A DNA stretch of 41,577 nucleotides from Bacillota bacterium (GTDB lineage Bacteria; Bacillota; Clostridia; Acetivibrionales; JAFADI01), in contig JAFADI010000267.1 of the NCBI GenBank assembly GCA_023424965.1, forward strand, positions 1 through 41,577. The letters are read 5' to 3'. A program made the translations under genes and the position numbers. Each line of letters begins with the position of its first letter. The first letter of the stretch is position 1. Below the pieces are notes generated by a model. That model made no database searches. It worked only from the letters and a program-made list of their open reading frames with translations, and was not told the DNA's origin. Below are positions 36,037 to 41,577 of this stretch, piece after piece.

Positions 36037-36175
36037 TGGGTAAATTTTAGTTAGGCTAATGATGCGAACTTAGAGATCAATTCAAATTCTAGAGCGTATC
36101 CCCAAAATTAAAAATTAGGTTCAATTATAACGCGAAGTTACCCGGAATTTTTTCAAGTTCCGGGTAGTTATATTT
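36037..36175 (+). repeat. Tandem pair of boundary-repeat copies: degenerate C' (36037-36096) and full C (36101-36175)
   Basis: C' is AAATTTTAGTTAGGCTAATGATGCGAACTTAGAGATCAATTCAAATTCTAGAG. C is CCAAAATT..TATAACGCGAAGTTACCCGGAATTTTTTCAAGTTCCGGGTAGTTATATT. C is internally dyad-symmetric (TATAAC/GTTATA; ACCCGG/CCGGGT). Confidence 0.55.
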
Positions 36176-36197
36176 GTGCCGCTGTGGGCATAGTATA

Positions 36198-36226
36198 TTG
36201 ACATGCATAGAACCTCTAGGTATAAT
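36198..36226 (+). promoter_or_regulatory. Consensus sigma-A promoter TTGACA-17-TATAAT for padR
   Basis: Read directly, 36 nt upstream of the padR start. Confidence 0.55.
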
Positions 36227-36262
36227 AATACATAGAAGTATTAGGTATGGTGGGAGGATTGA

Positions 36263-36595
36263 ATGAATGTATCGAAAGACTTGGTAGCTGCCTCTGCGAC
36301 CCCTCTCATTTTGGCCATTCTCAAGGAATGTGACAGTTATGGCTATGCAATTATCAAGCGTGTGAAAGAGATGTCCGAGAATCAACTGATCTGGACGGAA
36401 GGTATGTTGTATCCGGTATTGCATCGTCTGGAAGAACAGCTGTTAATTGAGTCTTACTGGAATAAATCGGAGGGTGGCCGGCAGCGTAAATATTACAGGA
36501 TTAAAGAGAGCGGGTTAGCCGAGCTGGAACTGCAAAAGAAGCAGTGGGAAATGGTTCATAATGCTCTTGCAAAGACATGGAATGAAAAAAAGTAA
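36263..36595 (+). CDS. PadR-family transcriptional regulator
   Basis: LILAILKECDSYGYAIIKRVKEMSENQLIWTEGMLYPVLHRLEEQLLIESYW is the PadR winged-HTH signature. Confidence 0.9.
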   Translation: MNVSKDLVAASATPLILAILKECDSYGYAIIKRVKEMSENQLIWTEGMLYPVLHRLEEQLLIESYWNKSEGGRQRKYYRIKESGLAELELQKKQWEMVHNALAKTWNEKK

Positions 36596-36613
36596 TTCGT
36601 AAGGGGGAGCAAG

Positions 36614-37969
36614 ATGTTTGATTTGGAAGCACAGATTCATTCGTGGAGCGATCATTTAAGGGCTCATGGCAATTTAAGCGATGCCGATATTCAGGAATTG
36701 GAGAATCATTTGCGGGACGAAATCGAGGACTTAATTGCAGCCGGACTCACGCCGGATGAAGCGTTTTTGATCAGTGTCAAACGTTTAGGAAATGTAAGTG
36801 CGATCTCACATGAGTTTGCCAAAGTAAATACCGAGAACCTGTGGAGACATTTACTGGTAGAGCCGGCAGATTCACCGGCCAAGCAGCAAAACCGGCGCGA
36901 TGTTGCCCTGGTGGTGATTTTTGCGCTGCTCGCCGGAACACTGTTTAAAATTACTGAACTTTTCGGTTTGAGGTTTTTTGATCAGGCCGCGGAAAGATTC
37001 TTCATTAAAAATTTGAGCTTGTTTATTTTGCCTTTTATAGCGGCATTTTTCTTAGTCAAGAGGAAAGCAGAGCTGAAAACATGGGCAACGACACTGGGGA
37101 TTTTCATCCTGGCGGCGCTGATTGTCAATGTGTACCCGTCCTTTGCTCCTTACCATACGGAATATCTTACTGGCTTTCACCTTCCTTTGTTTTTGTGGCT
37201 GGTCGTCGGAGCAGCTTACATAGGCAGGGAGTGGCAAGGCAGCCAGGGCAGGCTGAATTTTATACGTTTCACAGGTGAAGCCGCGATCTACGGTGCATTA
37301 GTAATGGCAGGAATATTTGTGTTGGGCATGTTCACGATGGTTATTTTCCAGGCCATCCAAATTGACGCCGGAAAATTTCTTGAAGAGTATTTACTGATTT
37401 ACGGAGGGTGTGCGGCAGCCATGATAACTGTTTATTTAGTGGAGGCCAAGAAAAGTGTGGTGGAGAACTTTGCACCCATTTTGGCCAAAATATTCAGCCC
37501 GCTTTTCCTGATAATTATGGCTGCTTTCTTAATCGTTATGATTGTCACGGGTAATAGTCCGTTTATGGAAAGAGATTTCCTGATTGGTTTCGATTTTATG
37601 CTGGCTTTAGTGCTGGGGTTGGTTTTGTATGTCATTTCGGCGCGGGATAGCCGCCAGCCGGCCAACCTGTTTGATTACTTGAATCTTGCCTTGATCCTTA
37701 TGGCACTGGTTATCGACGGGATTGCTTTATCGGCCATACTTTTCCGCCTGTCCGCCTTTGGCATCACCCCCAATAAGCTGGCCGCGCTGGGGGAGAACTT
37801 GGCTTTGCTGGGCAACCTGGCCGGACTTGCCTGGTTATATATCGGGTATTTCAAAAAGAAATCTGATTTCACCAAGCTAATAAAATGGCAGACAGAGTAT
37901 CTCTATGTTTATTTCATTTGGACAGCAATTGTGGCATTCGTATTTCCGGTTATTTTTAAGTTTATTTAA
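36614..37969 (+). CDS. PadR-associated polytopic membrane protein (N-terminal soluble helical segment + ~10 TM)
   Basis: Immediately downstream of padR with RBS GGGGGAG; many hydrophobic segments. Confidence 0.8.
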   Translation: MFDLEAQIHSWSDHLRAHGNLSDADIQELENHLRDEIEDLIAAGLTPDEAFLISVKRLGNVSAISHEFAKVNTENLWRHLLVEPADSPAKQQNRRDVALVVIFALLAGTLFKITELFGLRFFDQAAERFFIKNLSLFILPFIAAFFLVKRKAELKTWATTLGIFILAALIVNVYPSFAPYHTEYLTGFHLPLFLWLVVGAAYIGREWQGSQGRLNFIRFTGEAAIYGALVMAGIFVLGMFTMVIFQAIQIDAGKFLEEYLLIYGGCAAAMITVYLVEAKKSVVENFAPILAKIFSPLFLIIMAAFLIVMIVTGNSPFMERDFLIGFDFMLALVLGLVLYVISARDSRQPANLFDYLNLALILMALVIDGIALSAILFRLSAFGITPNKLAALGENLALLGNLAGLAWLYIGYFKKKSDFTKLIKWQTEYLYVYFIWTAIVAFVFPVIFKFI

Positions 37970-38221
37970 TTCCTTGCAGGGGCATCAGGAGAGAAGGAGC
38001 GCTGGTGAGTCAAACAACATTTTTGGCGGTGCCAGTTGGTTGTTTTCATATGGAGTTCCATATAATTGCAACATGAAAGAAACTTGTAGGGTTCCTTTTT
38101 AGCAAGGAATTTCCCTTCGGATAAATTTGCCGTTTCATAGTCCTGCTGGTATAATTATACTTATATTACCATCCGTTGGATAGGTAATCCAATAATACAT
38201 CCAAAAATCCAGGAGAACTGC

Positions 38222-39448
38222 ATGAACTATGAAGTAAACGGCCTGAAGGAGCACTTTAAAAACTTGTCCGATGATGCCCTCAGAAGAATTATTTATATTG
38301 AGTTTCAAGAATACGAAAATGATGTTATTGAACATGCAAAAGCTGAACTTAAGTCCAGATATGCGCAAGACATCTGGGAAGGATCCGGAATCACTTTAAA
38401 GGATGTTATCCTCCAGACGAACCGTGAGGATTTAAAAGATTTGATCCATGCCAAATATCCGGAATTAATTATAGATATTGAGAGATATTTGAGCGTTTTT
38501 GATAAACTGCTTACACTGGAGCCGATGAAACAAAGCGAGATAGATATCTCAATTCAGCAGAACGAAGATAAAGGGTATTGTGTTATAGGCCAGGACCGGA
38601 CCGCCGGTGAAAGGGTTGAGATATCTTACTGCTCATGGGATGAGTGGCTGGGGTTTGTAATTGACAACAAACAACTGCAGCACCTGGGAAAAGAAGAATT
38701 TACTTTTCACTGTTTCAAAGCAATGACCCTGTTGGGTTTTGATGAGGGTATCGCCCAGCAGGAACTGCAGAAAATAGAAGAAGGTATTGAATATACTTCC
38801 GAAGCCGGGGAGATAGAAGGCCAACCCTCTTTTCAAATTGAAAATGAGGTCACAATTGATAAGATTGCAGAGCGAGGGAAACAAATAAAAGAAGAACTTC
38901 AATATAGTGATGTCTTTGGTGTCCGTCCATGGATAAGGTACTGGGCAAGAGGAATTGACATGCTTCTGTGGACCTTTTTCATATGGATTATTGAACTGGC
39001 TTTTATCCCATATCAAACAATCAAATGGGTTAATTCTCTGGCGTGGGGAATGGTATCAAACTTTATTGTTTTCTCTTTATGGACCTTTGTAGAGGCCTTG
39101 TTCTTATCCAGATGGGGGTTCACACCTGGCAAATGGATTTTATATACGGAGGTAACAAATGTATCCGGGTATAAATTAGCATACAAAGCTGCTTTCAAAA
39201 GAGTGTGGAACGTGTTTGTGTATGGCGAGGGCTTTCAGATTCCTATTATTTCTGTGATAACTCAGATCGTATGTTTTAATAAACTGAAGGAGCAAGGGAA
39301 AACCAGATGGGACCGGGAGGGCGGATTTAGGGTCATGCACCGGAAGATTGAACCGGCAAAAGTACTGCTGGCTGTGTTGATTCTGGCTGGGCTGCCCTTT
39401 TTAATGTATTATATAAGCAGGCTTGTTTTAACTGCCAAAGTAAATTAA
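38222..39448 (+). CDS. RDD-family membrane protein with a ~230-aa N-terminal soluble domain of unknown function
   Basis: C-terminal RDD-like region (WIRYWARGIDMLLW...SRWGFTPGKWILYTEV) with 3-4 TM; RBS AGGAGA. Confidence 0.8.
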   Translation: MNYEVNGLKEHFKNLSDDALRRIIYIEFQEYENDVIEHAKAELKSRYAQDIWEGSGITLKDVILQTNREDLKDLIHAKYPELIIDIERYLSVFDKLLTLEPMKQSEIDISIQQNEDKGYCVIGQDRTAGERVEISYCSWDEWLGFVIDNKQLQHLGKEEFTFHCFKAMTLLGFDEGIAQQELQKIEEGIEYTSEAGEIEGQPSFQIENEVTIDKIAERGKQIKEELQYSDVFGVRPWIRYWARGIDMLLWTFFIWIIELAFIPYQTIKWVNSLAWGMVSNFIVFSLWTFVEALFLSRWGFTPGKWILYTEVTNVSGYKLAYKAAFKRVWNVFVYGEGFQIPIISVITQIVCFNKLKEQGKTRWDREGGFRVMHRKIEPAKVLLAVLILAGLPFLMYYISRLVLTAKVN

Positions 39449-39849
39449 TTTAGAAAACGATATAACTCTGCACAAATAAAAATGTCCTGTACGAAAGAGG
39501 TGCGGACATCGTCCGTTTTGTTGACATATCCAGGCTGCCGGAAAGGCAAACGCAAGGCTTTTCCAGGGCAATTTTATTTTGCATGGCGCTTTCAAAAAAA
39601 TTTGTTAGAGATATGCGCAATAATGAACAGACCCATGACGAGTTTACGGAAAAGGAACATATTACAGACGAATTGGCCGGCTGGGAAGCGGTTGTGGATG
39701 TTTTTAAGTGTAAATGCTTGCTGAAGTGTGTGGTGAATTGCCCGTGGACATTGAAGTATGCCGCACAAATGGAATAGTAGTATTTTAAGTTTGCCATCAA
39801 CTATCCATGGTATTATAAAGATATAGCGCTGATAAAGAGGTGATTACCA

Positions 39850-40062
39850 ATGGATGATATATTAATTAAAAATACAACAAGAGAACAGAGGGAAAAAATT
39901 ATAAGGGAGTCGCTTTCATGTGGCGGGGGAGGCTGTGAAAACTGCTCTTCCTGCGGTGTTCTTGGCGCGGGGGATCCCTATGAAATGTACCAACCCTATA
40001 TCGATGGCAAAAAAGAAATCTGGGAAATCAATCAAGAGTTCAGGGCCTCTTTTTTAAAGTAG
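39850..40062 (+). CDS. 70-aa Cys/Gly-rich small protein MDDILIKNTTREQREKIIRESLSCGGGGCENCSSCGVLGAGDPYEMYQPYIDGKKEIWEINQEFRASFLK
   Basis: Good RBS AGAGGTGA 6 nt before the ATG; CGGGGCENCSSCG cluster. Confidence 0.45.
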   Translation: MDDILIKNTTREQREKIIRESLSCGGGGCENCSSCGVLGAGDPYEMYQPYIDGKKEIWEINQEFRASFLK

Positions 40063-40169
40063 GAGAACGATTAATGGGCTGGCCCGGTCATGAGCGCCTG
40101 CCGGATAAGGCAGGGACTCATGGAAGTTGAATCAACATAAGGTGTGCTTCATACCTAGATCCTTTTTGC

Positions 40170-40592
40170 TTATAAAGTTACCTCGACGTTTTGACCGGCG
40201 CCGACGGTGAGGTAAGCTTTATCAAAGTGGAGCTCATAGACTTCGAATACGAGGCCCATCCTTTCAAGGGTATTGGCAAAAAGCGTATCGTTCCTTGCAA
40301 TGCCGTCCTTTATATCGTCTACCGCTAATTCGCTCTTGTGAACTGTGGCATCTTTAACTCTTATTACCCCCATTTCAAAGTTTGCTACCGTGGTAAAAGC
40401 CACTTTATTGTTGTGTGCAAATTCCACTGTTTTGGGAGAGTTTTTAGCCGACGGGAAATAAATGACACCTTTGTTTCGGGGGTCATACCAGATCGTCATG
40501 ATTCTTACATTGGGATTGGCATCCCGGGAAGTTGCCAAGGCAATGTGTGCGGTTTTCTCCATCGTTTCGCTGAAAGTTTTTAAATAATCCAT
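40170..40592 (-). CDS. Pyridoxamine 5'-phosphate oxidase-like FMN-binding split-barrel protein (general stress protein 26-like)
   Basis: MDYLKTF...TAHIALATSRDANPNVRIMTIWYDP... pattern; RBS AAGGAGA 6 nt before the ATG. Confidence 0.75.
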   Translation of the reverse strand: MDYLKTFSETMEKTAHIALATSRDANPNVRIMTIWYDPRNKGVIYFPSAKNSPKTVEFAHNNKVAFTTVANFEMGVIRVKDATVHKSELAVDDIKDGIARNDTLFANTLERMGLVFEVYELHFDKAYLTVGAGQNVEVTL

Positions 40593-40705
40593 TGTTATTC
40601 TCCTTTGATTTTTATTACCACCCAGGCGGTGATTACGGTCTTATTGTAGCGTATGAATCTTGACAATACTATGTCATGGTTATAAAATTATTTTTGGGTG
40701 ATACA

Positions 40706-41577
40706 ATGAAATTGGAAAGAATCGTAGCGATTATCATGCTGCTGCTTCAACATAGGAAAATCAGCGCCACCAGGCTTGCGGAGATGTTTGAGGTAACTCC
40801 CCGGACCATCTACCGTGATATTGATACCATTAATGCCGCAGGCATTCCCATCATTACCTTCCCGGGAGTAAATGGGGGAGTGGGCATTATGGAAGAGTAT
40901 AAGATTGAGAAAAGGCTTTTTACCATTTCCGATATCACATCTTTATTGATCGGGCTTGGGAGTATCCCTTTGTCCGGCGAGGATATTTTAAATACTATAG
41001 CAAAAATCAAAGGCCTGGTTCCGAAAGAGCAAATGCGGGACATTGAATTGAAATCCAATAAAATTACCATAGATTATACTCCCTGGCATGGAAGCAAAAC
41101 CCTCCCACCCAATATTGAGGAAATCAAAACGGCACTCGACGGGAATCACCTTTTGTCGTTCCAATATTCCGACCACAGCGGCAAGGAAACCGCAAGAAAA
41201 ATTGAGCCCTACCGTTTGCTCCTGAAGCATTCAACCTGGTATTTACAAGGCTACTGCACCTTAAGGCAGGATTTCCGCACCTTCCGCTTGTCACGGATGT
41301 CCTCTCTTCGGGTGCTGGATGAGGCTTTTGTGCCCAGGGAGTTTGAGTTGAAAATGCCCGACGCTCCAGACGAACCACAGCAGAAGATAACCATAAAGCT
41401 GCTGGTTGATGAGTCTCTTCGAGGCTGGATGGCAGATTTTTGTGGGGAAGAAAGCATTGAACCCTATGGAAGCAACAAATTTATCGTCAATTTTCCATTT
41501 ATCGAAAGTGATTACGGCTATAGCTTTTTACTGCGCTTTGGAGATAAATGCGAATGCCTGGGGCCTGAAACAATCCG
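40706..41577 (+). CDS. YafY-family HTH + WYL-domain transcriptional regulator, 3'-truncated by the window edge
   Basis: Not in the ORF track (no stop within the window). Translation MKLERIVAIIMLLLQHRKISATRLAEMFEVTPRTIYRDIDTINAAGIPI... (DeoR/HTH_11-like) then WYL-like ...EPYRLLLKHSTWYLQGYC.... Promoter TTGACA-17-TAAAAT upstream. Confidence 0.75.
   Translation, partial: MKLERIVAIIMLLLQHRKISATRLAEMFEVTPRTIYRDIDTINAAGIPIITFPGVNGGVGIMEEYKIEKRLFTISDITSLLIGLGSIPLSGEDILNTIAKIKGLVPKEQMRDIELKSNKITIDYTPWHGSKTLPPNIEEIKTALDGNHLLSFQYSDHSGKETARKIEPYRLLLKHSTWYLQGYCTLRQDFRTFRLSRMSSLRVLDEAFVPREFELKMPDAPDEPQQKITIKLLVDESLRGWMADFCGEESIEPYGSNKFIVNFPFIESDYGYSFLLRFGDKCECLGPETI

Noticed and set aside
24249-36175. 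Classifying the boundary repeats as bona fide integron attC sites
   Set aside because: The ends do not match the RYYYAAC / GTTRRRY core consensus well (TATAAC / GTTATAT at best), and no integron integrase is in the window. Kept as a hypothesis inside the finding rather than a feature call.
39850-40062. SCIFF (six-Cys-in-forty-five) ranthipeptide precursor
   Set aside because: The Cys spacing and sequence do not match the SCIFF consensus (GGCGECQTSCQSACKTSC), and no radical-SAM maturase is adjacent.
40810-41457. Four overlapping minus-strand ORFs of 68-86 aa
   Set aside because: All lie antisense to the well-supported WYL/YafY regulator gene that runs off the window edge.

Overview
The window looks like a Firmicutes/Clostridia-type chromosome segment with two characters. 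The first ~23.8 kb is GC-richer core-like sequence, with roughly 55-58% GC in sampled stretches. It carries an SPFH protein, the RNA ligase RtcB, DNA topoisomerase III, a 4-gene minus-strand membrane module (SPFH/Band-7 with zinc ribbons, double zinc-ribbon TM protein, TPM/YgcG protein, small membrane protein), a YbaK-like deacylase, an alpha/beta hydrolase, an AraC-MFS-isochorismatase drug-efflux-like module, adhE with a co-transcribed kinase-like gene, and an OmpR/HisKA two-component system followed by a HlyD-MacB-FtsX efflux pump. From ~23.9 kb the sequence becomes more AT-rich and patchy, with roughly 35-45% GC in many stretches, and regulator-dense. It carries a solo LuxR/MalT-type STAND regulator, a CsoR-lipoprotein-HMA/cupredoxin metal module, an ECF S-component plus class V aminotransferase, a TetR-controlled pair of paralogous alpha/beta hydrolases, PadR plus a membrane protein, an RDD protein, a PNPOx-like protein and a WYL/YafY regulator cut by the window edge. 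It also contains degraded fragments (a frameshifted XRE HTH, a 5'-truncated LMW-PTP, tRNA-like arm remnants). The most unusual observation is a previously unnoticed ~70-nt repeat family with internal dyad symmetry, in three full co-oriented copies plus a tandem degenerate copy and inverted partial ends. These copies sit at the boundaries of accessory gene modules. Partial copies flank the adhE-kinase segment, which is itself bracketed by a 48-bp imperfect direct duplication of the 3' end of the isochorismatase gene, suggesting site-specific insertion. There is also an unannotated Cys-rich 57-aa ORF and a Cys/Gly-rich 70-aa ORF. No CRISPR array, rRNA or intact tRNA was found. All protein family assignments are from motif recognition by eye, not database searches.
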